This document shows, piece after piece, positions 55,227 through 64,000 of a DNA stretch of 64,000 nt. A model generated the notes under the pieces. It did no database searches. It worked only from the letters and a program-made list of their open reading frames with translations, and was not told the DNA's origin. The DNA lies in the NCBI GenBank assembly GCA_963667465.2, contig CAXXDN010000002.1:224001-288000 (forward strand). Reading direction: 5' to 3'. Numbering within the stretch: the first letter of the stretch is position 1; each line of letters opens with the position of its first letter. The DNA is from Dehalococcoidia bacterium (GTDB lineage Bacteria; Chloroflexota; Dehalococcoidia; UBA2979). A program made the position numbers and the translations under genes.

Positions 55227-56465
55227 GTGGTGCGGAGGCCCTCCACGACCCGTGAGGCAAGCGCCACGAACGCTCGCGCGAGCCTCGAAGATCTCGTCCT
55301 CCCTACCGACTACCGGACGAATGTCGAACGGGCGCTGGCCTTCGACCCCGTGGGCGCGGCGAACTACCTCGAACACACGTTGATAGGCGATCCGGCAGCC
55401 GATGATTTGACCGACGCGCTCTCGGATCTCGACCCCCAGGAGTCGAGGCGGATCCTCCGTCGCGCGATGGACGCCGAGGATCCGCGCGACCTTCGCGAGC
55501 TGCCGGTGCTGCGGGACTTCTTCGAGGAGATCTCGGTCCCTCCGGACTGGGTGAACGAAGCTGACTTCAGCCCGGGCATTCGCGCGTTCCACAGGAATTC
55601 GCGACTGGTGATGGGCGCGATGGTGGGCGGCACGCTTGTCGAGGCGTTCTCCACCAACATCAGCAAGTCGTTCTTCTTCACCGGACGGGTGCGGGATCAA
55701 GGCGTGCGGCGGCTGCGCCAGAACAACCGCCACATGATCGAGATCTTCCTGCCCGGCGGCATGGAGCGAGGCGGCGACGGCTGGAAGCTCGCGGTCCGGA
55801 TCCGACTCGTGCACGCGCGCGTGAGACGTCTCCTCGACGACGCCGAGGACTGGGACCACGACGCATGGGGCAGGCCGATCAGTTCCGCGCATGTGGGCTA
55901 CGCGATCACCGCGTTCTCGGCGAGACTGCTTAAGCATCTGCGGAGCCTTGGCGCTGTCTTCGACGAGGAAGAGCGTGCGAGCTTCATGCAGGTGTGGCGC
56001 TACTCCGGTCACCTGATGGGCATCCCGGACACGATCCTCTTCCGCGACGAAGCGGAAGCACTGAGGCTCTTCGAGGTCGGCACGATCTGCGAGCCGGAGC
56101 CCAGCATCGAGGCGATCGCGATGGCGAGTTCGCTCGTGAACTCCGCCCCGCTGATCATCGGCATTGACGAGCCAGGTGAGCGCCAGCGCCTCGCCAGGTA
56201 CGTGTTCACGATCTCGCGGGCGCTGATCGGCAAGGAGCTCGCGGACCAGCTCCATTACCCCGCCAGCCCGACGTTCGGAGTGCTGGCGTGGTTCCGGCTG
56301 CAGGAGCGCTACCAGCGCCTCGTGGGCAAGCTCTTCCCGCAACGCATCCAGCAAAGCAGCTTAAGCATGTTCACTTCGCTCCTCGACGCCTCCGGATACG
56401 ACGAGGGCGGGATCACCTACGGGTTGCCTGACCACGCTCACGCCGAGGAGTCCAGCCACTGGTAG
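55227..56465 (+). CDS. MpaB/DUF2236 (latex-clearing-protein-like) heme oxygenase
   Basis: GDPAAD, PPDWV, VRIRLVHARVR, WGRPI and WRYSGHLMGI. Confidence 0.85.
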   Translation: MVRRPSTTREASATNARASLEDLVLPTDYRTNVERALAFDPVGAANYLEHTLIGDPAADDLTDALSDLDPQESRRILRRAMDAEDPRDLRELPVLRDFFEEISVPPDWVNEADFSPGIRAFHRNSRLVMGAMVGGTLVEAFSTNISKSFFFTGRVRDQGVRRLRQNNRHMIEIFLPGGMERGGDGWKLAVRIRLVHARVRRLLDDAEDWDHDAWGRPISSAHVGYAITAFSARLLKHLRSLGAVFDEEERASFMQVWRYSGHLMGIPDTILFRDEAEALRLFEVGTICEPEPSIEAIAMASSLVNSAPLIIGIDEPGERQRLARYVFTISRALIGKELADQLHYPASPTFGVLAWFRLQERYQRLVGKLFPQRIQQSSLSMFTSLLDASGYDEGGITYGLPDHAHAEESSHW

Positions 56466-56514
56466 GCGAGCCTCGCGGGCTCCAGCAGTTGCGATGGGGC
56501 GCGCGCCCTTCGCG

Positions 56515-56790
56515 GCAGGGAACGTCGCGTGGCAGCCATGTAGAGCGCCAGGTACCCGCCAGCAGTCCGGCCGCGACGAGGAACGCTCCCTGGAAGCCGT
56601 TCCTGTCGGCAATCAGGAACCCCCCGGACGGGCCCAACGCCGCTCCCAGGTCCAGCCAGGTCCAGCAGGTCGCGTACCGGCCCATGACGGCGGCGCGTGT
56701 GGCAGCGGGCGATGTCGCTGCCACAGACAGCACGACATACATCAGAGAGCCGCCCATGATGACCGTGGCGGCAGGGGACACCGCGTACAT
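56515..56790 (-). pseudogene. Degenerate C-terminal fragment of an MFS transporter (boundaries approximate)
   Basis: PAATRAAVMGRYATCWTWLDLGAALGPSGGFLIADRNGFQGAFLVAAGLL resembles the last MFS helices; no N-terminal half. Confidence 0.55.
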
Positions 56791-56930
56791 CATGCCGGCC
56801 GGAATGGTCGATCTCATGCGCGTCCCCGGGCGCGGCCTCGCTGACTCCTGCGGGAGGACTCCGCGGGAAGTCGGAGGCCAGCACGGGCAAGCAACCTGCG
56901 AACGGTGAAGTCACCGACCGTCGCGGCCAG

Positions 56931-57389
56931 TCAGAACCCGTCCCAGCCGGGCAGGGCGGCCGCCTGCCGGACCCACTCGGCCAGCCGCTCCTCGTCGAGC
57001 TCGCCCTCGTGGATGTCGATCCAGCGCGAGTCCGGGTCTTTGCCGGAGCCGGGTGGTACGGGGTTCAGCGACGCGCCCTGGAGGAAGGTGACCTTCACGT
57101 ATCGGGTGAAGACGTGGTAGCTCACGAACCACCCTTCGCCCTCGACGCCGTACCACGGCGAGTTCCACCTCACGGCCTTCCGCACGTCAGGCACATTGCT
57201 CACGATCAGGTCGTCGAGGCGCCGCCCGAGATCGCTCTTCCAGTCCGGCATGGCCGCGATGTAGGCCTGCACGGGGGCGTCGCCGTCCCCCTTCGGGATC
57301 TGCGGATTGCCGCCCGAGAGGAGCTTCGGGTTCGCCGGGGCGACCCACTCCGAAGCCTTCGCTGTTCCCCTCGATGTCTTGTCGGCCAT
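56931..57389 (-). CDS. DUF1801 (YdhG-like) protein
   Basis: LLSGGNPQIPKGDGDAPVQAYI, VRKAVRWNSPWYG and VKVTFLQGASL. Confidence 0.85.
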   Translation of the reverse strand: MADKTSRGTAKASEWVAPANPKLLSGGNPQIPKGDGDAPVQAYIAAMPDWKSDLGRRLDDLIVSNVPDVRKAVRWNSPWYGVEGEGWFVSYHVFTRYVKVTFLQGASLNPVPPGSGKDPDSRWIDIHEGELDEERLAEWVRQAAALPGWDGF

Positions 57390-57468
57390 TGCACTTGCTC
57401 CATGCGCGCTTCGTGCGGCTCTTCGGCAGCGGTCGGCGGCACGGGCGCGAACGGGAGCATCCGTGTGA

Positions 57469-57624
57469 TCACCTACCGTGTCGGCCCCAGGCGGCGCCGA
57501 GCGCTATGCCCACGGCAACTCCAATCGCCACGCCGACGCCGATGTTCCCGAGTAGCGCGCCTATGCCTACGCCTGCTCCAGCTCCGAGAGCGATGTAGAT
57601 TCCGAGGTTCTTGTTTGCGCGCAT
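57469..57624 (-). CDS. Small glycine-zipper membrane protein, 51 aa
   Basis: MRANKNLGIYIALGAGAGVGIGALLGNIGVGVAIGVAVGIALGAAWGRHGR; AAAGGAG SD. Confidence 0.72.
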   Translation of the reverse strand: MRANKNLGIYIALGAGAGVGIGALLGNIGVGVAIGVAVGIALGAAWGRHGR

Positions 57625-57693
57625 GATCTGTCTCCTTTGCGCGCATGCTCTGTCGCCCCGTTGAACTGCGGAAGTTTGCGGTTCAGTGCGGGA

Positions 57694-57769
57694 TGGTGGA
57701 CCTGAGGGGGCTCGAACCCCTGACCTCCACACTGCCAGTGTGGCGCTCTCCCAGCTGAGCTACAGGCCC
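57694..57769 (-). tRNA. tRNA-Ala(GGC)
   Basis: Acceptor GGGCCTG/CAGGTCC with G3:U70; anticodon arm CCACA-CTGGCAG-TGTGG; T arm AGGGG-TTCGAGC-CCCCT; encoded CCA; 76 nt. Confidence 0.97.
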
Positions 57770-57867
57770 GCTTCACCAAGTCTAGCGCGAACCCGCGACA
57801 GGTGCGCGAGGCAGGCCCGCCGCTCCTAGAATGCCCGCAAGGGCGCGAGGGGGAGCAAGGGGCGACC

Positions 57868-58386
57868 ATGCGCGATCGCATCCGGATCGAGCAGGGCGAC
57901 ATCACGCAGCAGCAAGTCGACGCCATCGTCAACGCAGCCAACAACTCGCTGCTCGGTGGTGGTGGCGTGGACGGCGCGATCCACCGCGCCGCAGGGCCCG
58001 AACTGCTCGAGGCCTGCCGCGAGATCGGCGGCTGCCCCACCGGTGAGGCGTGCATCACCTACGGCTACAACCTCGCAGCGACGTACGTGATCCACACCGT
58101 CGGGCCGATCTGGGCCGGCGGCGATCAGGGCGAGGCGGACCTGCTCGCCAATGCCTACCGCGGCAGCCTGGAACTCGCCTGCGACCACGATGCCGCGACC
58201 GTCGCTTTCCCTGCGATCAGCACAGGTGCGTATGGCTTCCCGCTACAGCGGGCAACGCGCATCGCGATCGCCGAGACGCTTGCGTTCCTCGAAGGCAGCG
58301 AGTTGCCCGAGACAGTCACGTTCGTCTGCTTCGATCTGGCGACGCGCGCGGTCTATGAGTCCGTGCTCGGCGAGCTCTCGGCCTGA
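57868..58386 (+). CDS. Macro-domain O-acetyl-ADP-ribose deacetylase (YmdB-like)
   Basis: [38 protein letters not shown] and [12 protein letters not shown]. Confidence 0.95.
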   Translation: MRDRIRIEQGDITQQQVDAIVNAANNSLLGGGGVDGAIHRAAGPELLEACREIGGCPTGEACITYGYNLAATYVIHTVGPIWAGGDQGEADLLANAYRGSLELACDHDAATVAFPAISTGAYGFPLQRATRIAIAETLAFLEGSELPETVTFVCFDLATRAVYESVLGELSA

Positions 58387-58396
58387 GCGCACCCGG

Positions 58397-59143
58397 TCAG
58401 GCCAGCGGACGCTTGCTCGGGATGCCGGGGCGGCGCGGGTAACGCTCCGACAGCGCACCGCCGCGACGCACGAGGATCACCAGCTGCGGCACGGCTCCCT
58501 CCGGCAGTGAGAGTGGGAGCGGATCGAGGGCGTGACCGCCGAGCGCCTCAATCGCTGCCTCCGCGTCGCGCAGCTCGTCGCGTGCGCGGCTGCCCTTCGG
58601 CGCGGCGAGGATCCCGCCCGGCCGCAGCAGCGGCAGCGCGTACTCCACCAGCACCGGCAGCGGTGCGACGGCACGGGCGACGGCCAGGTCGAAGCCCTCG
58701 CGCAGCTCCGGGTCGCGGCCGGCCTCCTCGGCGCGCATCCGCCGCACGGCGACACCGTCGAGCGCGAGTTCGGCGATGACGGTTTCGAGGAACTCGCAGC
58801 GCCGGCCGTGCGACTCGACCAGGGTCAGCGCCAGCGCCGGGTCGGCGAGCCCCATTGGGATGCCCGGCACCCCCGCGCCGCTTCCGATGTCGACGACGGC
58901 ACGGCTCACGCCCGCCTCGATGATGCCTGCCTCGCGCAGCGCCACGAGCAGTGCGAGCGACTCGCCGAAGAGCCGCTGCTGGATGGTGGGGGCGTCGCGG
59001 ATCGCGGTCACGCCCGCCCGCGCGCGCCACTCCTCGATCAGTGCGAGGTAGCGCCCGAAGCGATCCAGGGCCTCCGTGCCAGGTTCGAGGCCGAGGCGGG
59101 ACAGCTCCGATCGGAGCGGGTCGAGGTGCTCCGTTGTTGACAT
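58397..59143 (-). CDS. rsmG: 16S rRNA m7G527 methyltransferase
   Basis: VDIGSGAGVPGIP, RAEE, ARAVA, LPLLRPGG and YPRRPGIPSKRPL. Confidence 0.94.
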   Translation of the reverse strand: MSTTEHLDPLRSELSRLGLEPGTEALDRFGRYLALIEEWRARAGVTAIRDAPTIQQRLFGESLALLVALREAGIIEAGVSRAVVDIGSGAGVPGIPMGLADPALALTLVESHGRRCEFLETVIAELALDGVAVRRMRAEEAGRDPELREGFDLAVARAVAPLPVLVEYALPLLRPGGILAAPKGSRARDELRDAEAAIEALGGHALDPLPLSLPEGAVPQLVILVRRGGALSERYPRRPGIPSKRPLA

Positions 59144-59249
59144 GCGCGCTTGCCGATCTTCTACACTGCTTGGGCCGGGCACGACCGAGTATCCGGAACG
59201 GCGGGACGCCCGGAGCGCCCTCACACCGAACGAGCAGGAGGCACCGGCC

Positions 59250-60083
59250 ATGGCCGAGGCTATCAGCGCGGGCGATGCTGGCGCACACTTCCTCAACGCG
59301 CTCGAGGCTGAGAAGGCGCGCGAGGAGCGCGCCGAGATTGACCGTTTCATCGAGTGGCTCGGCGCTGACCACCTGATGGGCGACCTCACCGCCGACCAGA
59401 TCGGCGAGTACCTGCGCGAGCGTTTCCCCGAGGCGTTCGCGACCGACGACAATCCGGCGGAGCTCGACGACGAGATGAGCACGCTGCTGGAGCCGCTGCG
59501 CGCCTTCCTCGCGTACGCCTCGCGGCTGGCTTTCACCGATGAGAATCTTGTGCCCGCCCTGCGGCTGCGCGAGGGCGGTGGCGGCGCGCGCGGTGGCGCC
59601 GGCGCCGCCGCCGAACTGGGCGGCGCCTACTACGTCACGATCGAGGGCCTGGAGTCGCTGGAGCAGGAGCTCGAGGAGTTGAAGGCGCGCCGTCCCGAGA
59701 TCGCCGAGTCGCTGCGCGCGGCGATGGCGGACAAGGACTTCCGCGAGAACGCTCCGCTCGACGCCGCGCGCGATGCACAGGCGCACCTCGAGGCGCGCAT
59801 CCGCGCGATCGAGGACCAGCTGCGCCATGCCGTGATCATCGATCCGGAGACGAAGCGGGGCCGCGCCAACGTCGGCTCCACCGTGAAGGTGCTGAACCTC
59901 AACCTGGACAGCGAGCAGACCTTCCAGCTCGTCAGCCCCAGCGAAGTCAACCCCGCCAGCGGCAAGATCTCCGTCGAGTCGCCCGTCGGCCTCGCCGTCA
60001 TCAACCAGCGCCCCGGCGACGAGGTGCTGGTGCACGCGCCCGCCGGCCAGTTGCGCCTGCGCGTCCTCGAGGTGGAGGGCTAG
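59250..60083 (+). CDS. greA: GreA transcription elongation factor with extra N-terminal helical domain
   Basis: C-terminal TIEGLESLEQELEEL, KDFRENAPL and KISVESPVG; about 120-aa N-terminal extension; AGGAGG SD. Confidence 0.85.
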   Translation: MAEAISAGDAGAHFLNALEAEKAREERAEIDRFIEWLGADHLMGDLTADQIGEYLRERFPEAFATDDNPAELDDEMSTLLEPLRAFLAYASRLAFTDENLVPALRLREGGGGARGGAGAAAELGGAYYVTIEGLESLEQELEELKARRPEIAESLRAAMADKDFRENAPLDAARDAQAHLEARIRAIEDQLRHAVIIDPETKRGRANVGSTVKVLNLNLDSEQTFQLVSPSEVNPASGKISVESPVGLAVINQRPGDEVLVHAPAGQLRLRVLEVEG

Positions 60084-60180
60084 CGGGCAGGCGCAGCGGC
60101 CTCCGACCAACCATCAGGCAGGTTCGGTCAGCGTAGAATGCGCGCGCGCGCCGCTGATGCGCGTGATGCGGAGGTTCCTC

Positions 60181-61251
60181 GTGAGAGTTCTGGTGATGGG
60201 CGGCACACGGTTCAACGGACTCCATCTCGTCCAGGAACTGGTCAAGCACGGACACGAGGTCACGACCTTCAATCGCGGCATCACGCAGGCCGTGCTGCCG
60301 CCCGGGGTGCGCCGCCTCCACGGCGACCGCACCGACCACGAGGCGATGCGCGAGGTCTTCGCCGATGAGGAGTTCGACTGCATCCAGGACATGAGCGCGT
60401 ACACGACCGACGACGTACGCAGCATGGACGAAATCTTCCACGGACGGACCGGGCATTACATCTTCGCCAGCTCCACCGCGATCTACGCGCACGCGAAAAT
60501 CCTGCCGATCCGCGAGACCCACCCGGTGGACCTGTCAGAGAAGCAGATCGAGTACGGGCGCAACAAGATCGCGTGCGAGCAGTACCTCACGCGCGCGTAC
60601 CGGGACCATGGGTTCCCGGCCTCGATGGTGCCGTTCGCCTCGGTCTTCGGGCCGCACAACATGATCAGGGACCGCGAGCAGCGGATGTTCGTGCGCCTGC
60701 TGCAGGGGCGGCCCGCGCTGGTCCCCGGGGACGGCACCACGCTCGGCCAGATCGGCCACGTCGACGACGAGGCGAAGGCGCTGCGCATGATGATGCTCAA
60801 CCCCAACACCTTCGGGAAGCGCTACAACCTCACTGGCAAGGACTACTTCACCGACGAGGGCTACATCGACACGATCGCGGACGTGATCGGCGTGACGCCT
60901 GAGAAGATCTCCGTCCCCGCGGCGCTCATGAACGACCTCTGGGCGGACAAGCTCCCGCTCGGCGGTGGGCCGCTCGTCGATCGCCGAGGCGCCGGGGGCG
61001 GGGCTTGGCTGACGCGGGTCTCGCAGCTGGTGCAGCGCTCCGCGCCGAACATCCACCCCTGGAACCAGAACGTCATCTTCTCGATCGACCGTCTGATGAA
61101 GGAGATCAACTGGGAGCCGGAGTACAACTTCCGCTCCGCCGTCGAGCAGACCTTCGAGTGGTTCATGAGCGAAGGCCTCGACAAGACACTCGCCGAGGAG
61201 CTCGACTTCTCGCTCGAGGAGCTGCTGCTCGAACGCATCCGCAGCGGGTAG
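60181..61251 (+). CDS. NAD-dependent epimerase/dehydratase (extended SDR)
   Basis: RVLVMGGTRFNG, FNRG, YIFASS and YGRNK; GGAGG SD before GTG. Confidence 0.9.
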   Translation: MRVLVMGGTRFNGLHLVQELVKHGHEVTTFNRGITQAVLPPGVRRLHGDRTDHEAMREVFADEEFDCIQDMSAYTTDDVRSMDEIFHGRTGHYIFASSTAIYAHAKILPIRETHPVDLSEKQIEYGRNKIACEQYLTRAYRDHGFPASMVPFASVFGPHNMIRDREQRMFVRLLQGRPALVPGDGTTLGQIGHVDDEAKALRMMMLNPNTFGKRYNLTGKDYFTDEGYIDTIADVIGVTPEKISVPAALMNDLWADKLPLGGGPLVDRRGAGGGAWLTRVSQLVQRSAPNIHPWNQNVIFSIDRLMKEINWEPEYNFRSAVEQTFEWFMSEGLDKTLAEELDFSLEELLLERIRSG

Positions 61252-61319
61252 CAGCCGCCCTCCGGTCGCCCTCCCGCTGATACGCTGGTTGCGACGGCAA
61301 ACGAGGCAGGCAATGGCCG

Positions 61320-61991
61320 ATGGACGAACGAACCTCCGGAACGGCGCGACAGGCGGGCGGTGATCGAGGCGCGGCCGCCTTCGGGGCGCGCGTGCTCTCA
61401 CGAGGGCGTTTCCTCGGACTGCTCGCGGGCGGCGCGGTGGCGGGCTGGGCTGCGGTGAAGGTGCTTGGCTCCCTGACCGGTGGCTGGCGCATCAACACCG
61501 TCGAGCAGCCACGGCCGCAGTTCGACGCCACCGCCTACCGCCTCACCATCGACGGCCTCGTCGGGCAGCCGCTCACGCTCAGCTACGGCGAGTTGCTCGC
61601 GCTGCCCGCCGTGCGGCAGGTCAGCGACTTCCACTGCGTCGAGGGCTGGGGTGTCGATGACGTGCAGTGGGACGGCGTCTCGCTGCAGACGATCACGGAC
61701 CTCGTGAAGCCCTCGCCGGAGGCAGGCTTCATCACCTTCCATTCGCTCGGCGAGATTTACCGCGATTCACTCACGATGGAGCAGGCGCTGCTGCCGGACG
61801 CGCTGGTCGCCTACCGCATGAACGGCGCGGAGCTGCCCCCTGATCATGGCCCGCCCGCCCGGCTGATCATGCCGCGCATGTACGGCTACAAGGGCCCGAA
61901 GTGGCTCACCCGCATCGAGTTCCGCGACCGTCGCGACATCGGCTACTGGGAGGAGCGCGGCTGGCGCGTCGACGCATGGATCGAGGCCTGA
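61320..61991 (+). CDS. Molybdopterin-dependent oxidoreductase (sulfite oxidase / MsrP-like)
   Basis: DFHCVEGW, DHGPPARL, YGYKGPKWL and GYWEERG; N-terminal hydrophobic segment. Confidence 0.9.
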   Translation: MDERTSGTARQAGGDRGAAAFGARVLSRGRFLGLLAGGAVAGWAAVKVLGSLTGGWRINTVEQPRPQFDATAYRLTIDGLVGQPLTLSYGELLALPAVRQVSDFHCVEGWGVDDVQWDGVSLQTITDLVKPSPEAGFITFHSLGEIYRDSLTMEQALLPDALVAYRMNGAELPPDHGPPARLIMPRMYGYKGPKWLTRIEFRDRRDIGYWEERGWRVDAWIEA

Positions 61992-62704
61992 CCGCGTCCG
62001 CTCGCGGCGGCGAGCAGCACTCTGGATCCGAATTCATCGAGCGCTTCGAGTCGCCCTCGCGGCGCATCCACTGGACGCTCGGCAGCCTCTACGTGCTGCT
62101 GCTGCTGAGCGGCGTCACCAACTTCTGGCCGGAGGCGAAGGCGCTGCAGTTCGTCGACGTGCGGGTCTTCGCCTGGCTGCACGTCGTGCTTGGCTGGGCG
62201 TTCGTGGCCGGCCTCGCGGCCGTGCTCGGCCCGCTGCTCGCGCCCACGCCGGCCGGGCATGCGCTGCGCGCCGACCTGCGGGCGCTGACGCGCGCGGGCG
62301 TCGACGACTACCTGTGGCTCCAGCATCTGGCGCTGCGCACGCTGCGATCGCCCTCGACGCCGCCGCCCGTCGGCAAGTTCAACGCCGGGCAGAAGCTCAA
62401 CGCGCTCGCCTCGCTGACGCTCAGCCTGGGGCTGGCGGCCAGCGGGGCGGTGCTGGGGGTGAACTACATGACGAAGTCCGTGTTCGGGGTCGGCTTCGTC
62501 GAGAGCGTCTTCCCGTGGCATACGGCGCTCGGCCTGCTGGCGATCCCGCCGCTGATCGCGCACCTCTACCTCGCCCTGCTGCATCCCGCCACGCGCGAGT
62601 CCCTGCGCGGCATGGTCCTCGGGCGCGTGCGGCGCGACTGGGCCCGCGAGCACCACCCTGCGTGGGTCGACGAGGTCGAGCGGGCCGAGGGACGAGAGGA
62701 CTAG
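61976..62704 (+). CDS. Di-heme cytochrome b (FdnI / Ni-hydrogenase cyt b-like); start uncertain
   Basis: ERF..RRIHW, WLHVV, GKFNAGQK, PWH, IAHLY and WAREHHPAW. Confidence 0.88.
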   Translation: MDRGLTASARGGEQHSGSEFIERFESPSRRIHWTLGSLYVLLLLSGVTNFWPEAKALQFVDVRVFAWLHVVLGWAFVAGLAAVLGPLLAPTPAGHALRADLRALTRAGVDDYLWLQHLALRTLRSPSTPPPVGKFNAGQKLNALASLTLSLGLAASGAVLGVNYMTKSVFGVGFVESVFPWHTALGLLAIPPLIAHLYLALLHPATRESLRGMVLGRVRRDWAREHHPAWVDEVERAEGRED

Positions 62705-63630
62705 CCGACCAGCAACACGTCGACGGCGACCGAGGCGAAGAGCAGCACCAGGTAGGCGATCGAGTAGTGGAAGAGCGGCATCGCGTCCGCGATGCCCTCG
62801 CTGCGCGCGAGCCGGATCGCGAGGTAGAGGAAGGCCGCGCCCCCGCCGACGGCGGTCAGGAAGTAGATCAGGGAGAGGCCGGCGACGAGGGTGAAGGCGA
62901 GCGTGAGACCGATCAGCATCAGCGTGTAGAGCACGATCTGGCGCTTCGTCTCCGCCTCGCCGCGCACGACGGGCAGCATCGGCACGCCCGCCCGCTCGTA
63001 GTCGTCGGAGAAGACGAGGGCAAGCGCCCAGAAGTGCGGGGGCGTCCAGTAGAAGACGATCAGGAACAGGAAGAGCGGCTCGATCCCGACCTGGCTGGTG
63101 ACGGCGGCCCAGCCGATCACCGGCGGGGCTGCGCCGGCCGCACCGCCGAGCACGATGTTCTGGGTGGTGCTGCGCTTCAGGTAGTAGCTGTAGACCAGCA
63201 CGTAGAAACCGAGCGCGCCCATCGCGAGCGCGGCCGCGAGCAGGTTCACCGTCAGGCTCAACCAGATCGCCGAGACCGCTCCGAGCGCGAGCCCGAACAG
63301 GAGGGCACGCGAGGGCGTCACGTTGCCCCTCGGCAGTGGGCGGGCGCTGGTGCGTGCCATCACCTCGTCGATATCGCGGTCGGCCACCTGGTTGATCGCG
63401 TTCGCGCCGCCGGCGGCGAGCGTCCCCCCGATCAGGGTGGCGATGATCAGCCAGGTCGAGGGCCAGCCCCGCTCGGCGAGCACCATCGCGGGCACGGTCG
63501 TGACCAGCAGCAGCCAGATGATGCGCGGCTTGGCCAGCGCGACGTAGGCGCGCACCGTCTGTCGCACTGTCTGTGGCAGCGAGCGCGACTCCGTGGCTTT
63601 GGCGCCCGCGACGGACGCCTCGTTACGCAC
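62701..63630 (-). CDS. ctaB: Protoheme IX farnesyltransferase (heme o synthase)
   Basis: LAKPRII, DRDIDEVMARTSARPLP, LKRSTTQNIVLGG, FYWTPPHFWALA and DYERAGVPMLP. Confidence 0.95.
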   Translation of the reverse strand: MRNEASVAGAKATESRSLPQTVRQTVRAYVALAKPRIIWLLLVTTVPAMVLAERGWPSTWLIIATLIGGTLAAGGANAINQVADRDIDEVMARTSARPLPRGNVTPSRALLFGLALGAVSAIWLSLTVNLLAAALAMGALGFYVLVYSYYLKRSTTQNIVLGGAAGAAPPVIGWAAVTSQVGIEPLFLFLIVFYWTPPHFWALALVFSDDYERAGVPMLPVVRGEAETKRQIVLYTLMLIGLTLAFTLVAGLSLIYFLTAVGGGAAFLYLAIRLARSEGIADAMPLFHYSIAYLVLLFASVAVDVLLVG

Positions 63631-64000
63631 GGGCGGTGTCTCGCCCGCTCGCCAGCGTTGCGGGCGAGTGGGCTGTGGCGCTGCGGCCGGGGAGGTAGAG
63701 GGCGGCCGCGACGATCAGCACGCAGAGCCCCCAGGTTGCCGCGGCGCCGGCGAGGTGCACCGTGCGCACGGCGCTTGAGAAGTCGGTCCAGATGTTCGCC
63801 GCGCCAACCAGCATCTGCAAGGCATAGAGCGCGCCGAGGCCCCATGCCGCCGTGCGTAGCAGGTCGTCCTCGTCCGGCAGGTCGCGCGCGTGCCAGATCA
63901 GCCGCAGCACGCCGATGAAGGCGGCGAGCACGAGCAGGCGGTGCATCCAGTGGACGTGCTGTGCGCGCAGCCCGTCGAGGAAGGGCGCGGGCGCCTCCGG
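63623..64000 (-). CDS. ctaA: Heme A synthase COX15/CtaA, C-terminal part (runs off window)
   Basis: VHWMHRLL, LQMLVGAANI and VHLAGA; immediately upstream of ctaB. Confidence 0.8.
   Translation of the reverse strand, partial: PEAPAPFLDGLRAQHVHWMHRLLVLAAFIGVLRLIWHARDLPDEDDLLRTAAWGLGALYALQMLVGAANIWTDFSSAVRTVHLAGAAATWGLCVLIVAAALYLPGRSATAHSPATLASGRDTARA

Noticed and set aside
57662-57685. Hairpin TGAACTGCGGA-AG-TTTGCGGTTCA as the tRNA-Ala terminator
   Set aside because: It pairs through G-U only on the plus strand; on the tRNA (minus) strand these become A-C mismatches and no U-tract follows.
52667-57839. 14-bp direct repeat CTAGAATGCCCGCA (52667-80 and 57826-39) as island boundaries
   Set aside because: Both copies are TAGAAT -10 boxes upstream of plus-strand genes; similar boxes occur near 3720, 11050 and 60135, and the repeat does not match a tRNA end.
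59137-59167. TTGACA...TACACT promoter for the long greA
   Set aside because: The spacer is 19 bp and the -35 overlaps the rsmG start; plausible but too weak to list as a feature.

Overview
A very GC-rich (roughly 70% by eye), gene-dense piece of a bacterial chromosome. The lineage is inferred, not shown: the paralog families and the long GreA suggest Chloroflexota/Dehalococcoidia (Tepidiformales- or SAR202-like). The left half (0.4-31 kb) is a catabolic paralog cluster: six family-III CoA-transferases, three luciferase-like (LLM) oxidoreductases, three crotonases (one frameshifted), two close nitronate-monooxygenase-like paralogs, a thiolase-fold protein and a TcuA-like flavoprotein. It is interrupted by ppk1, tRNA-Arg(TCT) and an AapJQMP-type ABC transporter. 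The right half is mostly housekeeping (serS, lysS, leuS, rsmD, coaD, rsmG, htrA, ctaA/ctaB), plus a VapC-type toxin and a small accessory block beside tRNA-Ala(GGC). No CRISPR array, integrase, transposase or rRNA was recognised. Best leads: (1) a 56-aa single-TM ORF absent from the ORF track, behind a sigma70 promoter covered by three LexA-box-like sites (candidate new SOS-induced small membrane effector); (2) a ferredoxin-linker-2TM-PD-(D/E)xK-like fusion; (3) two Gre factors, one with a non-catalytic tip at the greA-lysS locus and one with an intact tip fused to an integrase-SAM-like domain; (4) several apparent pseudo-enzymes; (5) recurrent leaderless-type promoters. All family calls come from reading motifs by eye; no database was searched.
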